Below, piece by piece: positions 1-11,384 of a stretch of 37,393 nt of DNA. Each line of letters opens with the position of its first letter. The stretch's first letter is position 1. This DNA is from Candidatus Nanopelagicales bacterium (lineage in GTDB: Bacteria; Actinomycetota; Actinomycetes; S36-B12; UBA10799): assembly GCA_044326505.1 (NCBI GenBank), contig JBIRBF010000003.1, positions 1 through 37,393 of the forward strand, read 5' to 3'. The position numbers and the translations under genes were made by a program. The notes under the pieces are model-generated. The model had not been told where the DNA came from and made no database searches. It was given only the letters and a program-made list of their open reading frames with translations.

Positions 1-123
1 CAGCACCGCCAGCCCCACCACGACGACCACCAGTGCCGTCAGCAGCAGTCGCTGCGGCCACTCGGTGACGGGCGGCGACGACGGTTCCAGCGGCGCGAGC
101 GCGGACACGGCCAGGGCGATCAC
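1..123 (-). CDS. 5' part of a membrane protein downstream of pyrC (runs off the window); probably the conserved actinobacterial gene found between pyrC and carA
   Basis: GTG at 123 overlaps the pyrC TGA (GTGA). Reads [41 protein letters not shown], which includes a hydrophobic helix. Identity is inferred from position. Confidence 0.7.
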   Translation of the reverse strand, partial: MIALAVSALAPLEPSSPPVTEWPQRLLLTALVVVVVGLAVL

Positions 124-1445
124 CAGCGGTCCACCTGCAGCTCACCGGCAAGCACCGTGGGCCGGCCGCGGTAAAAGGTGGCCACGACCGCCCCGGGCAG
201 CTCCATGCCCTCGTAGGGGGTGTTCCGGCTCCGGCTGGCAGAGGCCGCACCACTCACCACCGTCGTCGCCGCCGGGTCGACGAGCACGACGTTGGCCGGC
301 TCCCCTGCAGCCAACGGTCGGCCCTGGTCGGCGATGCCGGAGATCCGCGCCGGGGCGGCAGACATCCGCTCGGCCACGCCCTGCCAGTCCAGAAGGCCCG
401 GGCGCACCATCGTCTCGATCACCACCGAGAGGGCGGTCTCCAGCCCGATCATGCCCATGGCCGCGGCGGCCCACTCGCAGTCCTTGTCCTCCACCGGGTG
501 CGGCGCATGGTCGGTGGCGACGATGTCGATCGTGCCGTCGGCGAGCGCCTCGCGCAGCGCGACGACGTCCTCGGCCGCGCGCAGCGGCGGGTTGACCTTG
601 TAGATGGGGTCGTAGCTGGCGACCAGGTCCTCGGTGAGCAGCAGGTGGTGCGGAGTCACCTCGGCGGTCACCTCGATCCCGCGCGACTTGGCCATGCGCA
701 CCAGTTCCACGCTGCCGGCCGTGGACAGGTGGCAGATGTGCAGGCGCGACCCGACGTGGTCGGCGAGGAGGATGTCGCGGGCGATGATGGCCTCCTCGGC
801 CACCGCCGGCCAGCCGCGCAGCCCCAGCCGGCCCGAGAGTTCGGACTCGTTCATCTGTGAGCCCGCGGTGAGCCGCGGGTCCTGCGCGTGCTGGGCTATC
901 ACCCCGTCGAACGCCCGGACGTACTCCAGCGCCCGGCGCATGATCACGGGGTCGTGGACGCACTTGCCGTCGTCGGAGAACACCCGAACCGCTGCGGCGC
1001 TGTCGGCCATGGCTCCGAGTTCGGCCAGGCGCTGGCCGTCGAGGCCCACAGTGACGGCGCCGATGGGCTGCACGTCACACCAGCCGGCTTCGCGTCCGAG
1101 CCGCCACACCTGCTCCACGACGCCGGCCGTGTCCGCCACCGGGTCGGTGTTGGCCATGGCGTGCACGGCGGTGAAGCCGCCGAGGGCCGCCGACCGGGTG
1201 CCGGTCTCCACGGTCTCGGCGTCCTCCCGCCCCGGCTCGCGCAGGTGGGTGTGCAGGTCGACCAGGCCCGGAAGGGCCACCAGACCCTCGCCGGGCACCA
1301 GAGCCGCGTCGGCGTCGATCGCACCGGCGGCGGCGATGCGCTCGATGCGGTCGCCCACGATCAACATGTCGGCCGGTTCGCCGTCCAGGATGCGGGCGCC
1401 GCGAATCAGGTAGGAACCCTGCGAGCGTGCGTCGGTGCCGGTCAT
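120..1445 (-). CDS. pyrC: dihydroorotase
   Basis: [26 protein letters not shown] and ATDHAPH motifs. True start is the ATG at 1445 overlapping the pyrB stop (ATGA); the 775-aa ORF is over-extended. Confidence 0.96.
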   Translation of the reverse strand: MTGTDARSQGSYLIRGARILDGEPADMLIVGDRIERIAAAGAIDADAALVPGEGLVALPGLVDLHTHLREPGREDAETVETGTRSAALGGFTAVHAMANTDPVADTAGVVEQVWRLGREAGWCDVQPIGAVTVGLDGQRLAELGAMADSAAAVRVFSDDGKCVHDPVIMRRALEYVRAFDGVIAQHAQDPRLTAGSQMNESELSGRLGLRGWPAVAEEAIIARDILLADHVGSRLHICHLSTAGSVELVRMAKSRGIEVTAEVTPHHLLLTEDLVASYDPIYKVNPPLRAAEDVVALREALADGTIDIVATDHAPHPVEDKDCEWAAAAMGMIGLETALSVVIETMVRPGLLDWQGVAERMSAAPARISGIADQGRPLAAGEPANVVLVDPAATTVVSGAASASRSRNTPYEGMELPGAVVATFYRGRPTVLAGELQVDRW

Positions 1446-2407
1446 GAAGGGAACTCCGATCCTTCGCGGGCGGTGTCGCGCGCGCCGCCCAGCAGCGTGT
1501 AGAGCACGGCCATCCGGACACTCACCCCGTTGGTCACCTGCTCCACGATCACCGACCGGGGCGAGTCGGCCACATCGGCAGTGATCTCCATGCCGCGGTT
1601 CATCGGCCCCGGGTGCATGACGATCGCGTGGCTGGGCAGCAGTGCCATCCGGTCGCCATCGAGGCCGTACCGGCGGGAGTACTCGCGCTCGGTCGGGAAG
1701 TAAGCGTCGAGCATCCGCTCGCGCTGGACCCGCAGCATCATCACAGCGTCGGCGTCCGGCAGTGCGTCGGAAATGTCGTAGGTCACCGACACCGGCCAGC
1801 CCTCGATGCCCACCGGCAGCAGGGTCGGGGGCGCCACCAGCGTGACCTCCGCGCCCAGGGTGTCCAGCAGGATCGCGTTTGAGCGGGCCACCCGGGAGTG
1901 CAGGACATCCCCGACGATGGTCACCTTCAGCCCGGCCAGGTCGCCGGAATCGTCGGCCAGCGCCCGCCGGATGGTGAAGGCGTCGAGGAGCGCCTGGGTG
2001 GGGTGCTCGTGCGTGCCATCGCCGGCGTTGACCACCGTCCCGTTGATCCAGCCGGAGTGGGCCAGCGTGTGCGGTGCGCCCGAGGCTCCGTGTCGGATGA
2101 CCACGGCGTCCGCGCCCATGGCCTCGAGCGTCAGAGCCGTGTCCTTGAGGCTCTCGCCCTTCGACACGCTCGAGCCCTTGGCCGAGAAATTGATGACGTC
2201 GGCGGACAACCGCTTGGCGGCCGCCTCGAACGAGATTCGGGTCCGGGTGCTGTCCTCGAAGAACAGGTTGACCACGGTGCGGCCACGCAGGGTGGGCAGC
2301 TTCTTGACCGGGCGGTCGGCCACGGCCGCGAGCTCGACGGCGGTGTCGAGCAGGGCGACCGCCTCGTCCCGGTCCAGGTCCGCAGCGCTGAGCAGGTGCT
2401 TGTCCAT
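1442..2407 (-). CDS. pyrB: aspartate carbamoyltransferase catalytic subunit
   Basis: [21 protein letters not shown] and HPGPMNRG motifs. Confidence 0.98.
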   Translation of the reverse strand: MDKHLLSAADLDRDEAVALLDTAVELAAVADRPVKKLPTLRGRTVVNLFFEDSTRTRISFEAAAKRLSADVINFSAKGSSVSKGESLKDTALTLEAMGADAVVIRHGASGAPHTLAHSGWINGTVVNAGDGTHEHPTQALLDAFTIRRALADDSGDLAGLKVTIVGDVLHSRVARSNAILLDTLGAEVTLVAPPTLLPVGIEGWPVSVTYDISDALPDADAVMMLRVQRERMLDAYFPTEREYSRRYGLDGDRMALLPSHAIVMHPGPMNRGMEITADVADSPRSVIVEQVTNGVSVRMAVLYTLLGGARDTAREGSEFPS

Positions 2408-2409
2408 GG

Positions 2410-2976
2410 TCAGCGCCTCGCTTCTGGTGCGGCGTGCGACAGCGCACCCGAGGCAGGCTCGATCAGCACCTCGTCGACGCCGTCGTCCTCGGCAACATGC
2501 ACGCGGACCTTCTCGACGAACGACGTCGGCAGGTTCTTGCCCACGTGGTCCGGGCGGATGGGCAACTGCCGATGGCCCCGGTCCACCAGAACGGCCAGGC
2601 GAACGGCCCGCGGCCGGCCCAGATCGGTGAGCGCGTCGAGTGCGGCTCGCACTGTCCGGCCGCTGTAGAGCACGTCGTCGACCAGAATCACGACGCGGTC
2701 GTCGATTCCGGCCGACGGGATGTCGGTGGGTCCCAGCGGCCTGGGCGGCTGCAGCTGCAGATCGTCCCGATAGAGGGTGACGTCCAAGGAACCGAACGGC
2801 ACGTCGACGCCCTCGATGGCCGAGATGCGGTCGGCGATGCGGCGCGCGAGACGCTGGCCGCGGTGGGGGATGCCGAGCACCACCAGATCGCTGGCGCCAC
2901 GGTTGGACTCGATGATCTCGTGTGCGATGCGGGTGATCGCCCGATCGATGTCGGCCCGGTCCAGAACTTGACGCAT
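2410..2976 (-). CDS. pyrR: pyrimidine regulatory protein PyrR / uracil phosphoribosyltransferase
   Basis: [12 protein letters not shown]-binding helix, [17 protein letters not shown] motif, [17 protein letters not shown]. Confidence 0.97.
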   Translation of the reverse strand: MRQVLDRADIDRAITRIAHEIIESNRGASDLVVLGIPHRGQRLARRIADRISAIEGVDVPFGSLDVTLYRDDLQLQPPRPLGPTDIPSAGIDDRVVILVDDVLYSGRTVRAALDALTDLGRPRAVRLAVLVDRGHRQLPIRPDHVGKNLPTSFVEKVRVHVAEDDGVDEVLIEPASGALSHAAPEARR

Positions 2977-2985
2977 GAGCGCCGC

Positions 2986-3018
2986 CCTTCCCCGCCTCTC
3001 GGGACGGGCTATTAAAGG
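2986..3018 (-). promoter_or_regulatory. PyrR-binding RNA stem-loop overlapping the pyrR ribosome-binding region
   Basis: Minus strand CCUUUAAUAGCCCGUCCCGAGAGGCGGGGAAGG matches the CUUUAA...GUCCNGNGAGGC...AAGG pattern and ends 9 nt before the ATG. Candidate -10 TAGGCT at 3029-3034. Confidence 0.9.
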
Positions 3019-3100
3019 ATGTCGCTCCAGCCTATCCGCGCCCCCTGCGGCCGCTGAGCGCGGGCTGTGGGCGCACCATGATCAATAGGGAGCGCTATCA

Positions 3101-3130
3101 TTGCGCCCGCTCACCCTGCGTAGCTACACT
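3101..3130 (+). promoter_or_regulatory. candidate bldD promoter (TTGCGC-18 nt-TACACT) containing a BldD-box-like site
   Basis: CTCACCCTGCGTAGC (3110-3124) matches NTNACNCWGNGTNAN with one mismatch and lies in the -35/-10 spacer. Confidence 0.6.
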
Positions 3131-3254
3131 CGTGGCATCATTGAGTGACGCATCCAGCACCGCGGGTCACGCCTCCGGACGCCACCCTCAACGGCGCAGC
3201 CTTCGTCGCCCGGAACACAACCGCACTATCCACCGCCAAACCTGCGGGGGCACC

Positions 3255-3749
3255 GTGGCCACCACCTACTACGCAAAAGCGCTCGGCGCCAAACTGCGCT
3301 CGATCCGCCAGCAGCAGGGTTTGAGCCTGCAGGGCGTCGAAACCAAGTCCCAGGGTCGCTGGAAAGCCGTCGTGATCGGCTCCTACGAGCGCGGCGACCG
3401 CGCCGTGACCGTCTCCCGGCTCGCCGAGCTGGCCGACTTCTACGGCGTACCGGTGATCGAGCTGCTCCCGGACGCCGCTGCCCGCACTGTCGTGGAGCAG
3501 CCCACTCGACTGGTGCTGGACCTCGAGACCCTCGGTGAACTCACCGATGAGGACGCTGGCCCGCTCGCCCGCTACGCCGCGTCGATCCAGGCCCAGCGTG
3601 GGGACTACAACGGCAAGGTGCTCTCGATCCGACACGAGGACCTGCGCGCCCTCGCCGTGATCTACGACCTCGGCCCGCGGGCACTGGCCGACAAGCTCAT
3701 CGACTGGGGCGTTCTCAACCCCGAGGCCCGGGCCGCCGTAGCGGACTGA
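3255..3749 (+). CDS. bldD: BldD orthologue, XRE-family transcriptional regulator with a c-di-GMP-binding C-terminal domain
   Basis: YAKALGAKLRSIRQQQGLSLQGVETKSQGRWKAVVIGSYERGDRAVTV closely resembles Streptomyces BldD; QRGDYNGKVLSIRHED; divergent from pyrR; GTG start after GGGGG. Confidence 0.92.
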   Translation: MATTYYAKALGAKLRSIRQQQGLSLQGVETKSQGRWKAVVIGSYERGDRAVTVSRLAELADFYGVPVIELLPDAAARTVVEQPTRLVLDLETLGELTDEDAGPLARYAASIQAQRGDYNGKVLSIRHEDLRALAVIYDLGPRALADKLIDWGVLNPEARAAVAD

Positions 3750-3789
3750 CGAGCGCGCGCCGCAGCGCTCACCGGGCCCCGCCTCCCCG

Positions 3790-5223
3790 TCAGAATCGGG
3801 GCGACGGGCCGGCCATCCCCATGAGGTGGACTCGCAGGCCATTGGTCGTTCCCGGCACACCCGGTGGCACCCCGGCCACGATGACAACTCGATCGCCGAG
3901 CTCGGCCCGCTCGTGGTCGAGCAACTCTGCCTCGACCTGCCGGACCATCTCGTCGGTGTGGTCCACGTTGTCGACCAGGAACGTCTCGACCCCCCAGACA
4001 AGCGACAACTGCTGACGGGTCCGCTCACTGGGGGTGAACGCCAGGATCGGCATCTCGGGGCGGTGTCGCGCGACCAGCCGGGTGGACAGGCCGGTCTCCG
4101 TGAACGTGCACAGGTAGCGGGCCTGGACCTGCCGCGCCACGATCGTCGCGGCCCGGGTCAAGGCTCGTGCCGTGCCGGTCGCATCTGCGTCGCCCGGCTC
4201 GCCGACCCGTCGGATGCCGTCACGCTCGGTCTTCTCGATGATTCGGGCCATCGTCTGCACGACCAGCGCCGGGTGCTCCCCCACGCTGGTCTCGCCGGAC
4301 AGCATCACAGCGTCGGTGCCGTCGAAAACGGCGTTGGCCACGTCGGACACCTCCGCCCTCGTGGGCCGAGTGGCGAGGATCATCGAGTCGAGCATCTGGG
4401 TGGCGACGATCACCGGCTTCCCAGCACGGCGGCATTTGGTGATCGCCAGCTTCTGCACGATGGGCACGTCCTCAAGCGGCAGCTCCACGCCCAGATCACC
4501 GCGGGCGACCATGATTCCGTCGAAGGCCGCGATGATGCCGTCGAGGTTGGCCACCGCCTGTGGCTTCTCGATCTTGGCCAGCACCGGGATGCGAATGCCC
4601 ATCTCGGACATCACTTCGCGCACCTTGGCGATGTCGTCGGCGCTGCGGACGAAGCTCAAGGCGATGATGTCGAAACCCGTGATGAGCGCCCAGCGCAGAT
4701 CGGCCAGGTCCTTCTCGGTGAGGGCCGGGACGCTCACGGCCACTCCGGGCAGGTTGATGCCCTTGTTGTCCGACACCTGGCCGCCCTCGACGATCTCGGT
4801 GACCACGTCGGGACCCTCGACGCGCTGCACGCGCAGGGACACGCGGCCGTCGTCGATCAGGATCGTGTCGCCCTCGGACACGTCGCCTGGCAGGCCCGCG
4901 TACGTTGTGGAGCACCGCCGGGCATCGCCCGGGCAGTCCTCGGTGGTGATGACGAAGCGCTCGCCGGGAACGAGGGTCACGGGGCCGACGGCGATCGTGC
5001 CGAGCCGGATCTTGGGCCCCTGCAGGTCCGCGAGCAGGCCGACCGCGCGGCCCGACTCGGCCGCTACCTCGCGCAGGCGTCGGTAGACCCGCTCGTGATC
5101 GGCGTGGTTACCGTGGCTCAGGTTGAACCGGGCTACATCCATCCCCGCTTCGACCAGGGTGGCCAGGGCCTCCGCAGTTTCGGTCGCAGGTCCGAGGGTA
5201 CAAACGATCTTTGCGCGTCGCAC
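3790..5223 (-). CDS. pyk: pyruvate kinase
   Basis: KIVCTLGPA, DLQGPKIR, KIEKPQA, MVARGDLGVE, ATQMLDSM, MLSGETS. Confidence 0.98.
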   Translation of the reverse strand: MRRAKIVCTLGPATETAEALATLVEAGMDVARFNLSHGNHADHERVYRRLREVAAESGRAVGLLADLQGPKIRLGTIAVGPVTLVPGERFVITTEDCPGDARRCSTTYAGLPGDVSEGDTILIDDGRVSLRVQRVEGPDVVTEIVEGGQVSDNKGINLPGVAVSVPALTEKDLADLRWALITGFDIIALSFVRSADDIAKVREVMSEMGIRIPVLAKIEKPQAVANLDGIIAAFDGIMVARGDLGVELPLEDVPIVQKLAITKCRRAGKPVIVATQMLDSMILATRPTRAEVSDVANAVFDGTDAVMLSGETSVGEHPALVVQTMARIIEKTERDGIRRVGEPGDADATGTARALTRAATIVARQVQARYLCTFTETGLSTRLVARHRPEMPILAFTPSERTRQQLSLVWGVETFLVDNVDHTDEMVRQVEAELLDHERAELGDRVVIVAGVPPGVPGTTNGLRVHLMGMAGPSPRF

Positions 5224-5254
5224 CGGACGAACCTACCGGCTAATGGACTCCAGC

Positions 5255-5336
5255 GCAGTTCTTCGGAACTGCCCCGGCATTCCGCACCGCGGCCAGCGCC
5301 GGCCGCCCTTCGGGTGGCCTTGCCAAGTGCTCTTGG
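5255..5336. terminator. three short hairpins after gltD; candidate terminator or structured 3' UTR
   Basis: GCAGTTC-TTCG-GAACTGC (5255-5272), GGCCGCC-CTTCG-GGTGGCC (5301-5319), CCAAG-TGCT-CTTGG (5323-5336); no U-tract. Confidence 0.4.
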
Positions 5337-5338
5337 AA

Positions 5339-6790
5339 TCAGACCGTCAATGGTCGCGCCGTCGGCGGAATCGGCGAGGGCAACTCGGTGCCTCCGGTGA
5401 GGAAGCTATCCACCGCCGCGGCCGCCGAACGCCCTTCGGCGATCGCCCAAACGATGAGCGACTGGCCACGTCCGGCATCGCCGGCAACGAACACGCCGGG
5501 CACATTTGTCATGTAGTCGCCGTCCCGGGCGATATTGCCGCGCGCATCGAGCTCGACCCGGAACTCCCGAGTGAAGACATCCGCCTCCGGGCCGACGAAG
5601 CCCATCGCGAGGGTCACCAAATCCGCCGGGATCACCCGTTCCGATCCGGCGACCGGCGAGAAGCGGCCGTCGACGAACTCGACATCCACCAGTTCCAACC
5701 CCGTCACCCGGCCGTTCTCGCCGACGAACCGCTGGGTGGACACGCTGTAGACCCGCTCGCCGTTCTCCTCGTGCGCGCTCGAGACGCGATAGACCATCGG
5801 GTACGTCGGCCATGGCTGACCGCTGGGACGCTCGCCGCCGGGTCGCGGCAGGATCTCGAGCTGGGTCACCGAAGCCGCCCCTTGTCGAGTGGCCGTCCCC
5901 AGGCAGTCGGCGCCGGTGTCGCCGCCGCCGATGACCACCACATGCTTGCCCTCGGCGTGGATCGGCGCGCGCTCCAGGTCGCCGAACTGCACCCGGTTGG
6001 CCAGCGGCAGGTACTCCATCGCCTGGTACACGCCCTCGAGGTCGCGGCCCGGCACCTCCAAGTCCCGCCAGTCGGTGGCACCCGCCGCGATCACCACTGC
6101 GTCGTATCGCCGGCGCAGCTCGGCTCCGGTGATGTCGACGCCGACCTCTACGCCAGTGCGGAACTTGACGCCCTCGGCCGTCATCTGCGCCAAACGGCGG
6201 TCGATGTGGCGCGACTCCATCTTGAACTCGGGGATGCCGTAGCGCAGCAGACCGCCCAGGCGGTCGGAGCGCTCGTAGACGACCACAGTGTGGCCGGCAC
6301 GCGCCAGCTGCTGCGCCACGGCCAGCCCCGCCGGACCGGACCCGACCACGGCAACTGTCTTGCCGGTCAACCGCTCGGCGGGCTGCGGCTGAACGTAGCC
6401 GGACTCCCAGGCCCGATCGATGATGCTCACCTCGACCTGCTTGATGGTCACGGCGTCCGAGTTGATGCCGAGCACGCAGGCGGTCTCGCAGGGCGCCGGG
6501 CACAGCCGCCCGGTGAACTCCGGGAAGTTGTTGGTCGCGTGCAGCCGGTCGATGGCGCCGCGCCAGTCACCGCGCCACACCATGTCGTTCCACTCCGGGA
6601 TCAAGTTGCCCAGCGGGCAGCCCTGGTGGCAGAACGGGATCCCGCAGTCCATGCAGCGGGATGCCTGCGTGCGCAACCGGTCCGATCCGAAGTCCTCATA
6701 GACCTCCTGCCAGTCCGAGATGCGCACATCGACGGGCCGGCGGGCCGGCAGTTGCCGGCCGTTCTTCAGGAATCCGCGCGGGTCAGCCAC
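5339..6790 (-). CDS. gltD: glutamate synthase small (beta) subunit
   Basis: Starts GTG-ADPRGFL; [39 protein letters not shown]. Confidence 0.97.
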   Translation of the reverse strand: MADPRGFLKNGRQLPARRPVDVRISDWQEVYEDFGSDRLRTQASRCMDCGIPFCHQGCPLGNLIPEWNDMVWRGDWRGAIDRLHATNNFPEFTGRLCPAPCETACVLGINSDAVTIKQVEVSIIDRAWESGYVQPQPAERLTGKTVAVVGSGPAGLAVAQQLARAGHTVVVYERSDRLGGLLRYGIPEFKMESRHIDRRLAQMTAEGVKFRTGVEVGVDITGAELRRRYDAVVIAAGATDWRDLEVPGRDLEGVYQAMEYLPLANRVQFGDLERAPIHAEGKHVVVIGGGDTGADCLGTATRQGAASVTQLEILPRPGGERPSGQPWPTYPMVYRVSSAHEENGERVYSVSTQRFVGENGRVTGLELVDVEFVDGRFSPVAGSERVIPADLVTLAMGFVGPEADVFTREFRVELDARGNIARDGDYMTNVPGVFVAGDAGRGQSLIVWAIAEGRSAAAAVDSFLTGGTELPSPIPPTARPLTV

Positions 6791-9700
6791 GGGTAGCCTC
6801 CAAGCTCGACTGCATGATCGCTTCGTTGACGTCGCGCCCCTCGGCCTCGGCCCTTGCCTGCGCGGCGAGGACCCGGCGGAAGTCCCGGGGCATGATCTTC
6901 GAGAACCTCGGTGCCGCAGCCGACCAGTCGCCCAGCAGGCGAGCGCCGATGTGGGAGTCGGTCTCTTCGGTGTGCCGGCTGATGAGTTGGCGGACGAACT
7001 CCTCGTCCACATCTGAGAGCCCCTCGACGTCGACCATGTCGCGGTTGACCTGGGCCGGGTCGAGGTCGAGCACGAAGGCGACCCCCCCGCTCATACCGGC
7101 CGCGACGTTGCGCCCGGTCGCCCCGAGCACCACCACCCGGCCGCCGGTCATGTACTCGCACAGGTGGTCGCCTGCGCCTTCCACGACGACGTGGGCGCCG
7201 GAGTTGCGCACGCAGCAGCGCTCGCCGACGATGCCGCGCAGGAAGATCTCACCCGACGTCGCACCGTAGGCGATCACGTTGCCGGCGATGATGTGCTCCT
7301 CGGCAGCGAACGGAGCCGAGCGATCCGGCCGCACGACCAGCCGCCCGCCGGACAGGCCCTTGCCCACGTAGTCGTTCGCATCGCCCTCCAGCCGAAGCGT
7401 GACGCCCCGGGGCACGAAGGCCCCGAAGGACTGCCCGGCCGAGCCCGTGAAGGTGATGTCGACCGTACCGTCCGGCAGCCCCTCGCCGCCGTATCTGCGC
7501 GTGACTTCGGCGCCCAGCATGGTTCCGACGGTGCGGTTGACGTTGCGCACCTTGATCGAGGCCCGCACCGGCTCCGCCCGCTCGAGGGCATCGGCCGAAA
7601 GCGCGATGAGCTCGTTGTCCAGAGCCTTCGCGAGGCCATGGTCCTGCGTGGTGAGGCAGCGCCGGGGACTGTCCGTATCGGGCACGTGCAGGATGGGCGA
7701 CAGGTCCAGCCCGTCGGCCTTCCAATGATCGATCGCCGCGCGCGGGTCGATGCACTCGACGTGGCCGATGGCCTCGTCCAGCGACCGGAAGCCGAGCTCG
7801 GCGAGCAGCTCGCGCACCTCCTCGGCCACGAAGCGGAAGTAGTTCTCCACGTGCTCCGCCTTGCCGGCGAACCGCTCGCGCAGCACCGGGTTCTGGGTCG
7901 CCACACCCACCGGGCAGGTGTCCAGGTGGCATACGCGCATCATCACGCAGCCCATCACCACCAGCGGCGCAGTCGCGAAGCCGAACTCCTCGGCACCGAG
8001 CAGCGCCGCGATCATCACGTCGCGGCCGGTCTTGAGCTGGCCATCGGTCTGCAGCACGACGCGGTCGCGCAGGCCGTTGAGCATGAGCGTCTGCTGGGTC
8101 TCGGCCAGGCCGAGCTCCCACGGCCCACCGGCGTGCTTGAGGCTGGTGAGCGGCGATGCCCCGGTGCCACCGTCGTGGCCCGAGATCAGGATCACGTCAG
8201 CGTGCGCCTTAGCCACCCCGGCCGCGATCGTGCCCACGCCCACCTCGGCGACGAGTTTGACGTGGATCCGGGCGGTGTTGTTGGCGTTCTTCAGGTCGTG
8301 GATCAGCTGAGCCAGATCCTCGATCGAGTAGATGTCGTGGTGCGGCGGCGGCGAGATCAAACCCACGCCGGGCGTGGAGTGCCGAGTCTTGGCCACCCAG
8401 GGGTAGACCTTGTGACCGGGCAGTTGGCCGCCCTCACCGGGCTTGGCTCCCTGCGCCATCTTGATCTGGATGTCGTCGGCGTTGACCAGGTACTCGCTGG
8501 TGACACCGAAGCGCCCGGACGCCACCTGCTTGATGGACGACCGCTTGGAGTCGCCGTCGGCCAGCGGCAGGAACCGCGCCGGGTCCTCGCCTCCCTCGCC
8601 CGTGTTCGACTTACCGCCGAGGCGGTTCATGGCGATGGCCAGAGTCTCGTGCGCCTCCTGCGAGATCGATCCGTAGGACATGGCGCCGGTCTGGAAGCGC
8701 TTGACGATCTCGCTGGCCGGCTCGACCTCGTCCAACGGCACCGGGGCGCGGTCGGAGGCCAGCTCGAACATCCCCCGCAGCGTCATCAACCGTCGAGACT
8801 GGTCGTTGACCTTCTCGGCGTACTCCCGGTAAACGTCCGCGCGGCCCTCACGGGTGGAGTGCTGCAACCGGAAGACCGTCTCCGGGTCGAACAGGTGCGG
8901 CTCGCCCTCGCGGCGCCACTGGTACTCGCCGCCGATGTTGAGCTGGCGATGCGCGCTGGACGTACCGGACTCGGGGTAGGCCATCCGGTGGCGGGCCTCC
9001 ACCTCGCGGGCGATCTCGTCCAGCCCGATCCCGCCGAGCTTGCTGGTGGTCCCGGTGAAGTACTTGTCGATCAACTCGTGACTCAGCCCGACGGCCTCGA
9101 ACACCTGGGCACCGCGGTAGGACGCGACGGTGGAGATGCCCATCTTGGACATCACCTTGAGCACCCCTTTGCCCAGGGCCTTGACCAGGTTGCGCACGGC
9201 CACCGCGCTGTCGATGCCGGTCAGGTAGCCGGTGGCGACCAGGTCCTCGACCGACTCCATGGCCAGGTAGGGGTTCACCGCCGCCGCACCGTAGCCGATG
9301 AGCAGCGCGACGTGGTGCACCTCGCGCACGTCGCCGGCCTCGATGAGCAGGCTGACGTGGGTACGGGTCTTCTGCCGCACCAGGTGGTGGTGGACCGCCG
9401 AAGTGAGCAGCAGCGACGGGATCGGGCCGTGCTCGAAGTCGCTCTCGCGGTCAGACAGCACAATGAATCGCACGCCGGCCTCGATGGCGGCGTCGATCTC
9501 GGCGAAGATCTGCTCGATCCGCTCCGCCAGGGCGGCGCCTCCGTCGTGCACCCGGTAGAGGCCCTTGATCTTGACCGCCTGGAAGCCGGGCATGTCGCCG
9601 TCGTCGTTGATGTGCAGAATCTTGGCGAGCTCGTCGTTGTCGATCACGGGGAAGGGCAGCACGACCTGTCGGCATTGCGCCGGTGTGGTGTCGAGCAGGT

Positions 9701-11384
9701 TCCCCTCAGGCCCGATGTTGGAGTAAAGCGAGGTGACGATCTCCTCGCGCAGGGCGTCCAGCGGGGGGTTGGTCACCTGGGCGAAGAGCTGCGCGAAGTA
9801 GTCGAACAGCAGCCGCGGCCGCTCCGAGATCGCCGCGATCGGGGTGTCCGAGCCCATCGACCCGATCGGCTCCATCCCGGTGCGGGACATCGGAGCGACC
9901 AGGATGCGCAGTTCCTCCTCGGTGTAGCCGAAGGTCTGCTGCCGGCGCAGGCACGACCGGTGGGTGTGCACGACGTGCTCGCGGTCGGACAGCTCCTCCA
10001 GGTTGATGACTCCTGCGTGCAGCCACTGCGCGTAGGGCTCCTCGGCGGCGAGCTGGGCCTTGATCTCGTGGTCCTCGATCACCCGGCCTGCCGCAGTGTC
10101 GACCAGGAACATCTTGCCCGGCTGCAGCCGGCCCTTGCGCACGACAGTGGCCGGGTCCAGCTCCAGCACCCCGGCCTCGGACCCCAGCACCACGAGCCCG
10201 TCGTCGGTCACCCAGAAGCGACCAGGGCGCAAGCCGTTGCGGTCGAGCACTGCGCCGATCAACGAGCCATCGGTGAAGCAGACCGCGGCCGGACCGTCCC
10301 AGGCCTCCATGAGCGTCGCGTTGTACTCGTAGAAGGCGCGCTTGTCCGGATCCATGTCGGCGTTGTTCTCCCACGCCTCCGGGATCATCATCAACACGGC
10401 ATGCGGCAGGGAGCGCCCGCCCAGGTGCAGCAGCTCGAGCACCTCGTCGAACGAGGCGGAGTCGCTGGCGCCGGGGGTGCAGATGGGATAGAGCCGCTCA
10501 AGGTCGCCGGGGATCAGATCGCTCGCCAGCATGGCCTCACGGGCGCGCATCCAGTTGCGGTTTCCGCGCACGGTGTTGATCTCGCCGTTGTGGGCGATCA
10601 ACCGGTAGGGGTGGGCCAGCGGCCACGACGGGAATGTGTTGGTCGAGAAGCGCGAGTGCACCAGGCCCACCGCCGACGTCACCCGCTCGTCGGACAGGTC
10701 CGGGAAGAACTCCTCGAGCTGACCGGTGGTGAGCATGCCCTTGTAGACGATGGTGCGGCTGGACAGCGATGGGAAGTAGACGTCGGTCTCCCGCTCGGCC
10801 CGCTTGCGCAGGCAGAAGGCCATCCGCTCCAGCGCGAGGCCGTCCCCGGCGATAGCCCCGAACGCCTCCGTGAACAGCGGGTCGATAGCGGCCAGGAACA
10901 GCTGCCGGAACTGCGGCATGGTGCTTCGGGCGGTGGCACCGACCAGGTTGGGGTGGGTGGGGACGTCGCGCCAGCCGAGGACTTGCAGGCCCTCCTCGGG
11001 CGCGAGCTTCTCGAGCTGTTCCACGGTCCGCCGAGCCTCGCGCCGGTCGGCGGGCAGGAACGCCGTGCCCACGACGTACTCCCCCGCCGGCGGCAGGTCA
11101 AACTCGACGACCCCCCGGAAGAAGTCGTCCGGGACGCCGATGAGGATGCCGGCACCGTCGCCGGAGTCGGGCTCGGAACCCGACGCCCCGCGGTGGTCGA
11201 GGTTGAGCAGGGCCGTGAGGGCCTTGCGCACGATGTCGTGGCTAGGCACTCCGGTCAGGGTGGCGACGAAGGCGACGCCGCAGGCGTCCCGCTCCATAGC
11301 GGGGTCGTAGAGGCCCTGGGCCTTTGGCAGGTCGTCGTTGACGACGACGTCGCCGTTGCCACGGGGACTGTGCGCAGGGGTCAT
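6783..11384 (-). CDS. gltB: glutamate synthase large (alpha) subunit
   Basis: DACGV (catalytic Cys), [43 protein letters not shown] 3Fe-4S cysteines. Confidence 0.98.
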   Translation of the reverse strand: MTPAHSPRGNGDVVVNDDLPKAQGLYDPAMERDACGVAFVATLTGVPSHDIVRKALTALLNLDHRGASGSEPDSGDGAGILIGVPDDFFRGVVEFDLPPAGEYVVGTAFLPADRREARRTVEQLEKLAPEEGLQVLGWRDVPTHPNLVGATARSTMPQFRQLFLAAIDPLFTEAFGAIAGDGLALERMAFCLRKRAERETDVYFPSLSSRTIVYKGMLTTGQLEEFFPDLSDERVTSAVGLVHSRFSTNTFPSWPLAHPYRLIAHNGEINTVRGNRNWMRAREAMLASDLIPGDLERLYPICTPGASDSASFDEVLELLHLGGRSLPHAVLMMIPEAWENNADMDPDKRAFYEYNATLMEAWDGPAAVCFTDGSLIGAVLDRNGLRPGRFWVTDDGLVVLGSEAGVLELDPATVVRKGRLQPGKMFLVDTAAGRVIEDHEIKAQLAAEEPYAQWLHAGVINLEELSDREHVVHTHRSCLRRQQTFGYTEEELRILVAPMSRTGMEPIGSMGSDTPIAAISERPRLLFDYFAQLFAQVTNPPLDALREEIVTSLYSNIGPEGNLLDTTPAQCRQVVLPFPVIDNDELAKILHINDDGDMPGFQAVKIKGLYRVHDGGAALAERIEQIFAEIDAAIEAGVRFIVLSDRESDFEHGPIPSLLLTSAVHHHLVRQKTRTHVSLLIEAGDVREVHHVALLIGYGAAAVNPYLAMESVEDLVATGYLTGIDSAVAVRNLVKALGKGVLKVMSKMGISTVASYRGAQVFEAVGLSHELIDKYFTGTTSKLGGIGLDEIAREVEARHRMAYPESGTSSAHRQLNIGGEYQWRREGEPHLFDPETVFRLQHSTREGRADVYREYAEKVNDQSRRLMTLRGMFELASDRAPVPLDEVEPASEIVKRFQTGAMSYGSISQEAHETLAIAMNRLGGKSNTGEGGEDPARFLPLADGDSKRSSIKQVASGRFGVTSEYLVNADDIQIKMAQGAKPGEGGQLPGHKVYPWVAKTRHSTPGVGLISPPPHHDIYSIEDLAQLIHDLKNANNTARIHVKLVAEVGVGTIAAGVAKAHADVILISGHDGGTGASPLTSLKHAGGPWELGLAETQQTLMLNGLRDRVVLQTDGQLKTGRDVMIAALLGAEEFGFATAPLVVMGCVMMRVCHLDTCPVGVATQNPVLRERFAGKAEHVENYFRFVAEEVRELLAELGFRSLDEAIGHVECIDPRAAIDHWKADGLDLSPILHVPDTDSPRRCLTTQDHGLAKALDNELIALSADALERAEPVRASIKVRNVNRTVGTMLGAEVTRRYGGEGLPDGTVDITFTGSAGQSFGAFVPRGVTLRLEGDANDYVGKGLSGGRLVVRPDRSAPFAAEEHIIAGNVIAYGATSGEIFLRGIVGERCCVRNSGAHVVVEGAGDHLCEYMTGGRVVVLGATGRNVAAGMSGGVAFVLDLDPAQVNRDMVDVEGLSDVDEEFVRQLISRHTEETDSHIGARLLGDWSAAAPRFSKIMPRDFRRVLAAQARAEAEGRDVNEAIMQSSLEATRG

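Noticed and set aside
120-2447. Apparent 775-aa pyrC fusion, and similar N-terminal extensions of gltD, trpA, hisF, hisH, hisC, nhaC and ORF 28985-30814
   Set aside because: The extensions are alternative-frame read-through of upstream sequence; better starts exist at ATGA/GTGA overlaps or after an RBS.
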